From positions 377 through 64,376 of the forward strand of contig CAZEMR010000001.1 of NCBI GenBank assembly GCA_964513465.1: a stretch of DNA of 64,000 bases, given 5' to 3'. Below the pieces are notes generated by a model that was not told where the DNA came from, did no database searches, and saw only the letters and a list, made by a program, of their open reading frames with translations. Positions within the stretch are counted from its first letter, which is position 1, and every line of letters begins with the position of its first letter. Source of the stretch: an uncultured Hyphomicrobiales bacterium. GTDB taxonomy: Bacteria > Bacteroidota > Ignavibacteria > Kapaibacteriales > UBA2268. Below are positions 27,500-37,520 of the stretch, piece after piece. The position numbers were made by a program, and so were the translations under genes.

Positions 27500-29545
27500 T
27501 TATTCAATCAATCCCTTTGCGAGGAATTCGCGGAATTCCTCCACATTGCGCGTGAATGCCTTGGTGCCGATTACTTTGCCATCGGGTGTCAGCACCACAT
27601 AAAGCGGTAATTCGATTGAATTGAATTTATCCTTCTGAAATAGCTTGTTGGATTCGTATGGCTCGCCCCGGCGATCGGTAAAGAGCCGTACTTTTACCAT
27701 TTTGTCCAATAAATTGCTGATCACGGATTTCTCGAACATATTCTGCTCCATCCACCGGCAATTCGTACAGGTAAATCCCGTGAAATCGAGGAAAACCGGC
27801 TTGTTGGTGCGTTTTGCTTCCTCGAATGCCTGGTCCACGTTGGAATACCAGTTTGCGTGCGAATCCTCCGATTTTTTAGTGGTTACCTCGCCGAATCCTA
27901 CGGCGGTCAGCCCAGCGCCACCCTCCATTATCATTTCATAATCCGGCGGGGGGAGGAAAGCGTCAAGCTCGCCGAGCTTCTGTCCGAATAATCCGCTCAG
28001 CAGATAGAAAGTAATTGCGGCGAATAAAATCGAAAACACCACTCTCAGGCTGCCTACGCGTTCGACCGGAGTGTCGTTGCTAAGATGATAAAGGCCTAGT
28101 ATGTATAATGTGATCAGAAGACCTGTGCCGATCCATATGGCCAGGAACATCTCTCGCGGCATTATTCCCCATGACCACACCAGATCCGCGTTGCTGATGA
28201 ATTTAATAGCCGCTGCGATTTCGAGGAATCCCATTACGACTTTGACATTGTTCATCCAGCCGCCGGCCTTGGGCAGCGCAGACATCGCCGAGGGGAACAG
28301 CGCCAGAAGGAAAAACGGCGCCGCGAATACAAACGAGAACCCGAGCATACCGATTATCGGATAGAACCACTCGCCGCCAGCCGCCGACAAAAGAGCCGAG
28401 CCGACGAATGGTACAGTGCATGTAAACGAAGTCAGCGAAAACGTGAGTCCCATCAGCAGGACGCTCGTAAGGCCGCTGCCGCTCTGGCTTTTTGCATTCA
28501 GCTTGTTCATCAGTCCCGTGGGAAGCTGGATTTCGAATGCGCCGAAAAGATTGAGCGCAAATATTATAAATATTGCAGCTATAAGGAGATTGATCCATGG
28601 ATTGGTCGCAAAGTCCTGAATACCCGTCGCGCCGAATATCAGCGCCAGAATGAATCCCAGCGCAGTAAATGTAATTATTATTCCCAGCGCATAGACCGAC
28701 GAATCGCGCAATCCACGTCCGGGGCTTTTCTCAGCGCGCTTGGTAAAGAACGAGACGGTTATCGGCACCATAGGGAATACACAGGGCGTAAGCAGGGCCA
28801 GCGCTCCGGCAGTCATTGCAAACCACAGAAATGAGAATATACCTTCGCTTTTTTTCTGCTCGATTTCCGTCTGGGATTCGGTCTGTACTATGGTTTCATC
28901 CGATTTATCGTCTTCTGGCGTCTGCATGTCTGCTTTGGCGGTTTCGGCTGTGTCCGGTTTTTCCGATTCTGTAATTGTTTCTTCGGTGTCGGTCGCGGTT
29001 TCAGGTGCAGTCTCGGGTTTGGTTGCTTCCTCGACCTGTGTGGCTGCGGCATAAGGATTGGCCTCTACAATCGCCTTGTATTCGTCAGGCGGCAGGCATC
29101 GCACGGGATCGCACTGCTGCGCATAAAATACGACTGTTAATTTATCTTTCGAAAAATCAATATCTTTTTTGGCTTTCAGCGGGATTATGAATTCGAATTT
29201 CCCGGTATAATATTTAATTTCCATCTGGAAAGCTTCGTCCTGCTTGGATTTTGGCTTAGGTGCGATAACGCTTCCGGTCATAGCGGCGAGCGATTCGGGC
29301 TCGACCGTTATCTCCGTTTGCGTCGGGCCGATTCCTTCGGGGCCGACCTGATATTCGAGACCGTAGGTATACCATGTTTTTTCGAAATCGACAATTAGTT
29401 TTACCTTGAATTCATCGCCTGATTGAACTTTAGCGGCAGAGGGGAGAGCTTTCATCGTGAAGTGCTGGTTACTGTCTGCGCTGACGGCAGAAGCAGCCAG
29501 AAAGAGCGAAATAATAATTGCAGTAATGAAGGCTTTGTGTTTCAT
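27500..29545 (-). CDS. dsbD: thiol:disulfide interchange protein DsbD-like (N-domain, CcdA-type membrane core, thioredoxin domain)
   Basis: 681 aa; signal peptide, acidic T/E-rich linker, membrane core with LLTPCVFPMVP and SFTCTVPF, C-terminal thioredoxin fold FTGFTCTNCRWME. Confidence 0.8.
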   Translation of the reverse strand: MKHKAFITAIIISLFLAASAVSADSNQHFTMKALPSAAKVQSGDEFKVKLIVDFEKTWYTYGLEYQVGPEGIGPTQTEITVEPESLAAMTGSVIAPKPKSKQDEAFQMEIKYYTGKFEFIIPLKAKKDIDFSKDKLTVVFYAQQCDPVRCLPPDEYKAIVEANPYAAATQVEEATKPETAPETATDTEETITESEKPDTAETAKADMQTPEDDKSDETIVQTESQTEIEQKKSEGIFSFLWFAMTAGALALLTPCVFPMVPITVSFFTKRAEKSPGRGLRDSSVYALGIIITFTALGFILALIFGATGIQDFATNPWINLLIAAIFIIFALNLFGAFEIQLPTGLMNKLNAKSQSGSGLTSVLLMGLTFSLTSFTCTVPFVGSALLSAAGGEWFYPIIGMLGFSFVFAAPFFLLALFPSAMSALPKAGGWMNNVKVVMGFLEIAAAIKFISNADLVWSWGIMPREMFLAIWIGTGLLITLYILGLYHLSNDTPVERVGSLRVVFSILFAAITFYLLSGLFGQKLGELDAFLPPPDYEMIMEGGAGLTAVGFGEVTTKKSEDSHANWYSNVDQAFEEAKRTNKPVFLDFTGFTCTNCRWMEQNMFEKSVISNLLDKMVKVRLFTDRRGEPYESNKLFQKDKFNSIELPLYVVLTPDGKVIGTKAFTRNVEEFREFLAKGLIE

Positions 29546-29614
29546 ATAAATTCCTGACTTATCTTATTTCATTTAGGATATCAATTTCCGACGTTTTTTC
29601 CGGGAAAATATTAA

Positions 29615-30634
29615 TTATTCGCTGTCTGACTGGAAATATGTGATAATCCGGCTGTCCTTGAATGGCTTGCCTGGTCCGCCGCGCATTTTTATCGAGTCCT
29701 GCAATTTCTGAGAGAATACCTGGGCCGCGTTATATCCATAAGTGCGCAGAAGGTAATTCAGCGCAATCACTTCGGCGATTACCGTAATATTTTTTCCCGG
29801 GAATATTGGCAGTTTTACGGTCGAAATTTCCACGCCCATTACCTCGGTCGGTTCCTCGTCCAGTCCGGTGCGGGTATATTCTTCGGCGCGGTCCCATTCC
29901 TCGAGCACCACAATGGTCTCGAGCCGCTTCTGGAATCGTATGGAACGGATGCCGAACATCTGGCGGATGTCGATTATCCCGAGGCCGCGGATTTCCATAA
30001 AATGCTGTACCATGCTGGTGCCGGTGCCCATCAGTATGGCTTCGCGCTTTTTGGTCAGCATTACCACATCGTCAGTTACGAGGCGGTGTCCGCGTTCAAC
30101 CAGGTCGAGTGCGATCTCGCTTTTGCCGATGCCGCTTTTGCCTGCGAACAGCATCCCCACGCCATAAACATCCATAAACGAGCCGTGCACGACTATCTGC
30201 GGCGCGAAAACGTCGTCGAGATACTCAGACAGACGGAACGATGTCGTCGTGGTGTCATAGGGCGTTGTGAAAACCGCTATGGAGTTTTTCTTGGCAATAG
30301 CGATCAGATCGGGGTTGAGCCGGTTATTGTTCGTAAGCACGATGCAGGGGATGGGGAACTGGCATAAAGTCGAGAATGCCTTTACTCGATCGGTGCGTGG
30401 CAGGCTGTCCAGGTAATAATGCTCGGTATTGCCGAAAATCTGCACCTGATTATAATTAAAAAGCCCCACATATCCGGCCAGCGCGAGCTGAGGCCGGTAT
30501 AAATATTTATTCTGGATAAAATTCTGAAGACCAACGCCTGTGGTAAGGCATTCCAGCTTGGCCGGGGCTTCGAGCAGATGCGCCACAGGTACGCGCTCCT
30601 GCTTAAGTACTTTTTGATTTTTAAATAATTCCAT
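29615..30634 (-). CDS. hprK: HPr kinase/phosphorylase
   Basis: 339 aa from ATG 30634 (the longer track start would run into the upstream terminator hairpin); Walker A GKSGIGKSE, LVTDDVV, EIRGLGIIDI signature. Confidence 0.85.
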   Translation of the reverse strand: MELFKNQKVLKQERVPVAHLLEAPAKLECLTTGVGLQNFIQNKYLYRPQLALAGYVGLFNYNQVQIFGNTEHYYLDSLPRTDRVKAFSTLCQFPIPCIVLTNNNRLNPDLIAIAKKNSIAVFTTPYDTTTTSFRLSEYLDDVFAPQIVVHGSFMDVYGVGMLFAGKSGIGKSEIALDLVERGHRLVTDDVVMLTKKREAILMGTGTSMVQHFMEIRGLGIIDIRQMFGIRSIRFQKRLETIVVLEEWDRAEEYTRTGLDEEPTEVMGVEISTVKLPIFPGKNITVIAEVIALNYLLRTYGYNAAQVFSQKLQDSIKMRGGPGKPFKDSRIITYFQSDSE

Positions 30635-30650
30635 TGACGTCTTGCAATTA

Positions 30651-30688
30651 TGACAAAATAAAAGGGGCAATTTTTGAAAATCGCCCCT
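30651..30688 (-). terminator. rho-independent terminator between hpf and hprK
   Basis: On the minus strand, AGGGGCGATTTT / AAAATTGCCCCT hairpin (30663-30688) followed by TTTATTTTG. Confidence 0.7.
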
Positions 30689-30745
30689 GTATCCAAAATA
30701 TGATTTTTTTATGTTATGAAAAAATTCTTTTTGACAGATTAATAA

Positions 30746-31033
30746 TCATTTACTATTGCGTTTTGTCTTGACCTTCCGGAGCTTGCGCACCATTTTGCTC
30801 GAACTTTCCGAAAGGCTTTTATGAAAATCGTCCGAGCCCTCGCGGACGACAAGGGTGTCTCCTTTGATATTCACCCTGAATTCCACTATTTTCTCCGAAT
30901 CGTTGATAAATTCCACGTCAGTACTGATAATTCCATCATAGAATTTCTCGAAATTACTGGCCTCCTGAATTGCGTCTTCCTGCAGACTTGGGTGCTGTCC
31001 TTTGAAGTGGCGGAATGTTACTCGTGTTTGCAT
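30746..31033 (-). CDS. hpf: ribosome hibernation factor, short HPF/RaiA type
   Basis: 95 aa; sigma-54-modulation-protein fold pattern VTFRHFKG...LQEDAIQEASNFEKFYDGIISTDVEF...VEFRVNIKGDTLVV..GSDDFHKSL. Confidence 0.8.
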   Translation of the reverse strand: MQTRVTFRHFKGQHPSLQEDAIQEASNFEKFYDGIISTDVEFINDSEKIVEFRVNIKGDTLVVREGSDDFHKSLSESSSKMVRKLRKVKTKRNSK

Positions 31034-31127
31034 ACTGACCTCTTGTTAACTGTAACATGTATGTATCAGCGCTGGTTGCGCCGTTTTGTTTATGTATGCT
31101 TCTATATATATCAACGCAGCTCGATGA

Positions 31128-31931
31128 TTATTGTTTTGATCTGTTCGAAATTTTTGTTATAAAATTGAGAGAAACTGCTAAATCGAGCTCCAGCACCGAG
31201 GGCATAAGCGTAACCGGACTCTCCAATTCAGGTGGAACCCGCTGGAATTGCCGCCTGATCCTGTAAAATATATCAATTTTGCGGAATATATATGTATATC
31301 TCAGCTCGATTATCAGACTGCCCGGCAATGCTTCGACGCGGCGTTTGTCGAATCCGAGCTCGACTCCGATATATGCTCTTATTGCCGGAAATACTTCGTT
31401 TCCCTCGTATTGCAAGCCGCCGGTGCGAGTATCTCGGGGGATATCCGAGTATACCGATTCGTTCCATTCGATAGTGCCGAAGCAGATTCCGCCGCCGCCG
31501 CCTACATATGTCCGGAATTGGGCATCCCACGGGACGTGCTCGATCGAAAGTATAAGCGGAATTGTCTGTATCTTAATATCCTGGACAATCTGGCGATTGC
31601 CCGGGCGGGGGAATTCAACTCCCTGAGTGTAGCTTTCGCTGAGTTGGGCTAAAAAGAAATTACCAGCCATCGCCAGCCGGAAATTGTCCATGATTTCGAA
31701 ACGTGTGCCGGCCCCGAAATTTAGCTGCTGATCGAAAAGGGACTTATTGCCCTCGAGCGCATTGCGGTATATATCAAAAAATTCGTTCGAAGGAATCGCC
31801 AGTGGATAGCCGAGCATCAGATAGAAGTCTTTTTCCTCGATATTACGGCCGCTGGCGATAGCGCTCTGGGCAGGAATCCGAGTAGCCGATAATGAAATGA
31901 ATATGATAAATAATGATAAAAATTTTATCAT
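31128..31931 (-). CDS. hypothetical exported protein, possible outer-membrane beta-barrel
   Basis: 267 aa; signal peptide LSLFIIFISLSATRIPAQS; alternating hydrophobic/polar strands with Gly/aromatic richness; no family recognised. Confidence 0.5.
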   Translation of the reverse strand: MIKFLSLFIIFISLSATRIPAQSAIASGRNIEEKDFYLMLGYPLAIPSNEFFDIYRNALEGNKSLFDQQLNFGAGTRFEIMDNFRLAMAGNFFLAQLSESYTQGVEFPRPGNRQIVQDIKIQTIPLILSIEHVPWDAQFRTYVGGGGGICFGTIEWNESVYSDIPRDTRTGGLQYEGNEVFPAIRAYIGVELGFDKRRVEALPGSLIIELRYTYIFRKIDIFYRIRRQFQRVPPELESPVTLMPSVLELDLAVSLNFITKISNRSKQ

Positions 31932-31959
31932 AGAACAGCGCGCAATGTGACTAAATCGA

Positions 31960-32718
31960 TCAGAAGTGCTTTTTAATAATATTCTCGAAACGAGTTTTGC
32001 TGATATAATGATCCTCGAGCAATTTGCCGTCTTTAATCAAGGCAAATGTGCCATAGCCGGATGGCGTATTTCGTGCGTCCTCCGGTGTTTTCAGCTCGAT
32101 TACCGACAATTCGATACCATGCTCTCCGGCGGTCTGGCTGATTGCATCGACGGCTTTTTCGTGCCAGGGGCACTGGTCGGTGTATAGCAAATGCCAGCCG
32201 GTATATTTGTCACCTGCGGCAGGACATTCAATAAAATGTGGTCTGACGGCGCCACCCCCGAATGGTTTATACATCAATTCGAATCGGTCGCGTTTGTCGG
32301 CCAGTTCGAAGCCGTTTTTTTCGAATATACTTTTGCCTGCAATCCAGGTACCTTTGCTGCTCATTGCACAAATTCCATCTTTATTGCAGGCATTTGCATC
32401 TTCTTCGCATTTCCGTATTAACTGCGAACCGACGGAGTTATTCTTGACGTCTTTGCCGTATATCATAATGCACTGAATAAACAAATAATTCTGAGCATTA
32501 ACAGGGCGCCATGCGGCTTCCGAGGGCAGATATTCTATAAACCCGAGCTGTTTTCCCGCGGAGTCTTCGGCTATAATTATGCGAATGCCTTTGTTGAATT
32601 CGCTTTTGAACCAAGCGGCTTTGCGGCGGAACCCCTCGCTGTCCTTGTCTTTGATGCAGAACAATCCCTTCTCATCAACATTCTGCGGGGTAACGGTCAC
32701 AAATCGAATATCATTCAT
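31960..32718 (-). CDS. GNAT N-acetyltransferase fused to a YoaP-like C-terminal domain
   Basis: 252 aa; GNAT core (IIIAEDSAGKQLGFIEY...VGSQLIRKCEEDA...FEKNGF) and YoaP-like tail DQCPWHEKAVD...GTFALIKDGKLLEDHYIS. Confidence 0.65.
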   Translation of the reverse strand: MNDIRFVTVTPQNVDEKGLFCIKDKDSEGFRRKAAWFKSEFNKGIRIIIAEDSAGKQLGFIEYLPSEAAWRPVNAQNYLFIQCIMIYGKDVKNNSVGSQLIRKCEEDANACNKDGICAMSSKGTWIAGKSIFEKNGFELADKRDRFELMYKPFGGGAVRPHFIECPAAGDKYTGWHLLYTDQCPWHEKAVDAISQTAGEHGIELSVIELKTPEDARNTPSGYGTFALIKDGKLLEDHYISKTRFENIIKKHF

Positions 32719-32736
32719 AAATCTTTCCGGTAAAAA

Positions 32737-33576
32737 TTACTTCCCGAACCACTCGATAATATTGTGAATAGTATCCCGCAAATCGGCGCGTTGGACGATT
32801 TTATCCACAAAGCCCTTCTCTTGCAAAAATTCCGAACGCTGGAAGCCCTGAGGCAGCTTTTTGCGGATGGTCTGCTCGATTACTCGTGGCCCGGCAAATC
32901 CGATAAGCGCGCCTGGCTCGGCCAGCATTACATCGCCCAGCATCGCGAACGACGCAGTCACGCCGCCGGTAGTGGGATCGGTCAGAAGTACGATATATGG
33001 AATCTTAGCCTCGGCGAGCTCGGCTACCATTGCGCTGGTTTTGGCCATCTGCATAAGCGAAATCGCGGCCTCCTGCATGCGCGCACCACCGGATGCGCTG
33101 ATAACGAGATAGGGCATCTTGCGGTCTATGGCCGTGCGGGCGGCGCGGCAGAATTTCTCGCCTACCACTGCGCCCATGCTGCCGCCAATGTAATTGAAAT
33201 TCATACATGCAAACGATATAGGCTTGCCTTTCAGCTTGGCTGTGCCGGTAGTTATGGCCTCGTTTACTCCGGATTTTTTATAGCCCGCTTCGATTCGCTC
33301 GGGATATGGCTTGGTGTCGACAAATTCCAGCGGATCGGTAGGGCGAATGTTAGTATTGGTTTCCTCGAAGCTGCCTTCGTCAAGAATGATTGTGATATAT
33401 TCACGCGAACCCACCCGGAAGTGGTAGTTGCATTTTTTGCAGGTGAAAAGATTTTGCTCGAGTTCCTGTTTATATATAACTTCGTTGCACGCGGGGCAGT
33501 TAGTCCATAGTCCGCCGGGCATTTCACGTTGCTGGTTTTCTTCAATATTTTTTTTGGATCGCGTAAACCATGCCAT
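32737..33576 (-). CDS. accD: acetyl-CoA carboxylase carboxyltransferase subunit beta
   Basis: 279 aa; Zn-ribbon CPACNEVIYKQELEQNLFTCKKCNYH, FNYIGGSMGAVVGEKF, SGGARMQEA. Confidence 0.9.
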   Translation of the reverse strand: MAWFTRSKKNIEENQQREMPGGLWTNCPACNEVIYKQELEQNLFTCKKCNYHFRVGSREYITIILDEGSFEETNTNIRPTDPLEFVDTKPYPERIEAGYKKSGVNEAITTGTAKLKGKPISFACMNFNYIGGSMGAVVGEKFCRAARTAIDRKMPYLVISASGGARMQEAAISLMQMAKTSAMVAELAEAKIPYIVLLTDPTTGGVTASFAMLGDVMLAEPGALIGFAGPRVIEQTIRKKLPQGFQRSEFLQEKGFVDKIVQRADLRDTIHNIIEWFGK

Positions 33577-33667
33577 AACTGTTCCTTATTCAGTCAAAAT
33601 TAACTTAATTTTAATTCAAAGATAGGAATATTTTCACTAATTTCAAGTATTAATTAAAATTTCCGTT

Positions 33668-34210
33668 TCAACGTCCGGATCGCATTGTAACCGGGTTGAT
33701 ATAGTCGATATAATTTTCGTCATAAATATGCAGCACACCGTCGTAGGGGAGAGTCTCCTCGATATTGAAAAACGGCCCCGGCTTGGCAATTATACCCATG
33801 ATGCCCATATCGGTGAATACCGCGCTGACCACTGCCAGCTCCTGTTTGCGACGATGCACAAAGAAAAGTTTTTCGTTAAGCTTGCGGCGTAGAGATTTTA
33901 GCACCCTTGGCTCCAGCTCTTTGTCTTTAAGCATTTTGTTGAGTGGAAACGCCTCGCGGAGATCGATAAGGTCGACCATTACGCGATTGTAAAGATGTAG
34001 TATTTTTTTTTGGCCGTCCTGTTCGAATGGGATAGAGTCCTGCCCCTGATAAAGCGGAGCGTCTTTAAGCACTATACTGGATTTGTCGACTTTCGAAAGG
34101 GGGCCTTTTTTGATCAGAATTTTTTCATCATTGGCGATAACAGCGGTCAGTCTTTCCCCTTTATGCTTTGCGATTATTTTTAGTTTCTGTTCGTGAGTCA
34201 ATTTTCCCAT
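33668..34210 (-). CDS. hypothetical protein
   Basis: 180 aa from ATG 34210 (AGGAAA 7 nt upstream); soluble; no family recognised. Confidence 0.55.
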   Translation of the reverse strand: MGKLTHEQKLKIIAKHKGERLTAVIANDEKILIKKGPLSKVDKSSIVLKDAPLYQGQDSIPFEQDGQKKILHLYNRVMVDLIDLREAFPLNKMLKDKELEPRVLKSLRRKLNEKLFFVHRRKQELAVVSAVFTDMGIMGIIAKPGPFFNIEETLPYDGVLHIYDENYIDYINPVTMRSGR

Positions 34211-34309
34211 TATTCTATTTCCTGATATATTTACTTTAAAATCATAAGCGCTGAGAAACCATATACAAAGATAAAAAATTCCTGTAAACCCCGGCAAATT
34301 TGTTTTCGA

Positions 34310-35830
34310 TTAATCGCCTATCTTTTCATTAAATCTGGAGTTGAGAGATTCAATCAGTTCGCTTGCGGTTTCGGCATCGATGTCCACAATCGCGGAATGG
34401 ACTCCGGGCGAGGATGAGGCAGTATCGACCACGAGAGTAGCCAGCCCCAGCCGGCGCTGGAAGAAGCTGCGCCGTACCAGCAGTGTCTGAATTTTTTCGA
34501 CCGGAATGACAGAAAGCTTCTGGCTCCAGAATCCCTGCTTGATAAATATAAGATCGCGTTCTATACGCCAGCCGCGGTATTGCCAGCGCAGAACCGCCGC
34601 AAACCAGAGTATTGGCGCGGCGATCAATAATGCCCAGCCCCAGCCGGTGAAATACACCGCAAGCGCAAGCAATGGAATGTAAGCAAACGAATATCGAAAC
34701 ATAGCCCGGCGGATTGTCTTGCGCGATACCGCTTCGAGCCGCTCCGGAAGTTCGAAATCGCGGATGCGCTGAGCGAGCGATTCGACTTTTTCGCGAGTAG
34801 AGAATGGAATGGCAATATCCTGCAGTGTGGTCTTGACTGCCAGACCTGCGGTTTCGAGAGCAAGGCCGTAGTATCCGAATTTACGGCGGATGGGGTTGGT
34901 GAATATCACCAGCATCTGGAGCTTATTAAGCGGGATGGCTCCCCGCCGGGTATTGAAAAGCCCCTGCTTTGTATATAATTTATCGCCTTCGCGTGTGAGT
35001 GTGAAATTGTAGAATGAGTTTATTGTGAGCAGCACATCCATCGTTATCGAGAGCGTCAGAGCAATGATTATTCCTCCGAGGAAATATAAAATCAGCAGTA
35101 ATATATTCCACTCTGCGAATGCTTCGGTGATCAGCTTGCCGCCCATCTCGCGGCCGATCAGCTCTTCCGGGGCGGGGATGAGATAGAACTGCTGCAGCAT
35201 CGATACAGCCCAGCCGATAAACACCAGCACCAGCGGCCTTAGGCGCATCACTCCAAAGATTGCCACATCGCGCAGATTCATTGAAAACAGAGCTTTTTCC
35301 TTTTCTTCGGAAATTTCCTCCGCGGTCTCTTCCGTATTGGGCGCTTCCTCGGCAACTGGTTTTTCCTCGCGGATTTTCCTCTGGTGGCGGCGTATGATGG
35401 TTTCGATCTCTTCGGCGTTGGTTTTTTTAACGAACTCGAGCACGCCCTCACTGGCGGATTCGCCGGCAGTCTCGGCCTGGATGCGTACAATTCCCAGGAT
35501 TTTTTGTATGATATTCTGCGATGTGGATATATTCTGAATGCGGTCGAGCCGGATGCTGCGCTGCTTGCGGCTGATAACACCAGAGAATATCACGAATTCC
35601 CGATCAGTAATGTAATAATTGAAATAATAATACTGCAATATCACACCCGGCACTACAAATATCGCATAGAACGCCGAGGCTACGATCACGAACCAGTTCT
35701 CCATCGTTTGCTGAGTAAATGCAATCGCTGCAAAAATCAGAAACGAAGGCAGGCTTTGGAGAAATTTGTATATAATCGTCATCGGCGCAAGGCGTTTGGG
35801 CTCCAGATATTTCTGCTGATCGGCGCTCAT
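34310..35830 (-). CDS. YdbT-like membrane protein with repeated bacterial PH (bPH_2) domains
   Basis: 506 aa; repeated units of a TM hairpin followed by ...RLDRIQNISTSQNIIQKILGIVRIQAETAG and ...VEKIQTLLVRRSFFQRRLGLATLVVDTAS. Confidence 0.7.
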   Translation of the reverse strand: MSADQQKYLEPKRLAPMTIIYKFLQSLPSFLIFAAIAFTQQTMENWFVIVASAFYAIFVVPGVILQYYYFNYYITDREFVIFSGVISRKQRSIRLDRIQNISTSQNIIQKILGIVRIQAETAGESASEGVLEFVKKTNAEEIETIIRRHQRKIREEKPVAEEAPNTEETAEEISEEKEKALFSMNLRDVAIFGVMRLRPLVLVFIGWAVSMLQQFYLIPAPEELIGREMGGKLITEAFAEWNILLLILYFLGGIIIALTLSITMDVLLTINSFYNFTLTREGDKLYTKQGLFNTRRGAIPLNKLQMLVIFTNPIRRKFGYYGLALETAGLAVKTTLQDIAIPFSTREKVESLAQRIRDFELPERLEAVSRKTIRRAMFRYSFAYIPLLALAVYFTGWGWALLIAAPILWFAAVLRWQYRGWRIERDLIFIKQGFWSQKLSVIPVEKIQTLLVRRSFFQRRLGLATLVVDTASSSPGVHSAIVDIDAETASELIESLNSRFNEKIGD

Positions 35831-36297
35831 ACCGCGTCTTCTGCAGAATAATTCCTCAATTGGTCGCGCAGCATTTCCGCATAATCGATTGGCAATCCCG
35901 GGATTGTAAGGTCAACCCCGCGAGTGCCTGCCGTATAGACTATCAGCTTGCCAAGCTGGAGCATCCGGTCGAGCAGGCTCTGCTCAACGTCGATATGCTG
36001 GATACGTACGATCGGCGCGATCGTATATATATGAGTCAGCACCCCGCGCTGTATAATAATCTCGCGGTCATCGACCGAAAACATCCACCGCTTATATTTA
36101 AAAAACGGAAAGACGAGGCTGTAAATAATCCCGATTCCCAAAATAAACGCCGGCACTATTCCGTGCGCAGTGAAAATTGTGATGTCGTTTTTAGCAAAGA
36201 ACCATTCGATCAGAAAAACGACTGCTGCGGCGAGCAAAGATCGGAACATATATTTAAGTCCCCATTGCAATTTGACCATTGGATCGGGATGATGCAT
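35827..36297 (-). CDS. YdbS-like membrane protein with a single bPH_2 domain
   Basis: 156 aa; TM hairpin then IIQRGVLTHIYTIAPIVRIQHIDVEQSLLDRMLQLGKLIVYTAG; 4-nt overlap with the YdbT-like gene. Confidence 0.7.
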   Translation of the reverse strand: MHHPDPMVKLQWGLKYMFRSLLAAAVVFLIEWFFAKNDITIFTAHGIVPAFILGIGIIYSLVFPFFKYKRWMFSVDDREIIIQRGVLTHIYTIAPIVRIQHIDVEQSLLDRMLQLGKLIVYTAGTRGVDLTIPGLPIDYAEMLRDQLRNYSAEDAV

Positions 36298-36359
36298 ATT
36301 TTTTATCAGAATTATTTAATAATTTTATATTAAGATAATAAAAATAATCGAGTCGTGGG

Positions 36360-37514
36360 CTATTCATCTGAAAATTCGAGCGAAGGCGGTTCCTGGGCAA
36401 CCGCTCGGGGATATATTCCCGATTGCGCGGAGATGTTCAGCAGTACGCCCACAGCCATAGCGTATATCAGCACCGCGCTTCCTCCATAGCTGACGAATGG
36501 CATCGGCAACCCCGTTGTTGGCAGCAATCCGACGTTAACCCCTGCGTTGACAAATACATATATGGCAAATGTGATTAAAATCCCGACAGCAAGAAAATAT
36601 CCGAAATCGTCCGGAGCACGCCGCGCGACCATCATCCCGCGCCAGAATACCAGCACAAATGTTGCGATAACCAAAAGCACGCCGATGAATCCGTATTCCT
36701 CGCCGATTATAGAAAATATAAAATCGCCATAGCTTTCGGGCAGAAAGAGGTTGCTCTGGCGGCTCTGGCCGGGGCCGGTACCGAAGAGTCCGCCGTTGCC
36801 GAGGGCGATCAGCGCCTGCCTGAGTTGATAATTGACCGATTCGGGGTCGATCGTATTTGGGTCCATCCCCAGATATGCCATAATGCGCTGCATGCGGTAT
36901 TGCGCCGAGACCGCATAGAGTGCGGCAACAAGTCCGCCAATAAGCGTGGTAGCGCCAAGGTGCAAAAGATTCGTATTGCCTATGAACATCATCGACATCG
37001 CAATAAAATAAATAACGAATGCAGTCGAAAAATTCGGCTGCAATGCGATCAATGCGCATACAAATAAAGTCCAGAATAAAAATGGCAGGAATCCGCGCTC
37101 GAAATTTTTAATAACCGCCTGTTTGCGTTCGAGCATTGTGGCAAAATGCAGCACCAGCGCGAATTTGGCCAGCTCCGAGGGCTGAAACGTAAGCGGCCCG
37201 ATAAACAGCCAGCGCGAGGCGCCCTTGATGCTGTATCCGGCAAATAGGACCACCACCAGCAAAGCGATTGCAATAAACATGATCGGTTTAGACCATTTCC
37301 GCCAGAAATGATAATCAATACGCGAAAAAATGATGATCAGCACCAGCCCGATAAATATTCGGATTGCGTGGTTGACGAATAGGCGCTCGGGTTCGCCAAA
37401 GCGCATTTCGGCTATCGAAGCGCTTGCGCTATAAACAAATGCGATGCTGAACAGCATCAATCCCACGATTGGCAGAAGTATCAGCCAGTCGATGTGTCCG
37501 GATGGTTTTGCCAT
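36360..37514 (-). CDS. ftsW: FtsW/RodA/SpoVE-family peptidoglycan glycosyltransferase (FtsW by context)
   Basis: 384 aa, about 10 TM helices; FQPSELAKFALVL, LPESYGDFIFSIIGEEYGFIG, GLLPTTGLPMPFVSYGGSA; 6 bp after murD. Confidence 0.8.
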   Translation of the reverse strand: MAKPSGHIDWLILLPIVGLMLFSIAFVYSASASIAEMRFGEPERLFVNHAIRIFIGLVLIIIFSRIDYHFWRKWSKPIMFIAIALLVVVLFAGYSIKGASRWLFIGPLTFQPSELAKFALVLHFATMLERKQAVIKNFERGFLPFLFWTLFVCALIALQPNFSTAFVIYFIAMSMMFIGNTNLLHLGATTLIGGLVAALYAVSAQYRMQRIMAYLGMDPNTIDPESVNYQLRQALIALGNGGLFGTGPGQSRQSNLFLPESYGDFIFSIIGEEYGFIGVLLVIATFVLVFWRGMMVARRAPDDFGYFLAVGILITFAIYVFVNAGVNVGLLPTTGLPMPFVSYGGSAVLIYAMAVGVLLNISAQSGIYPRAVAQEPPSLEFSDE

Positions 37515-37520
37515 TTTATA

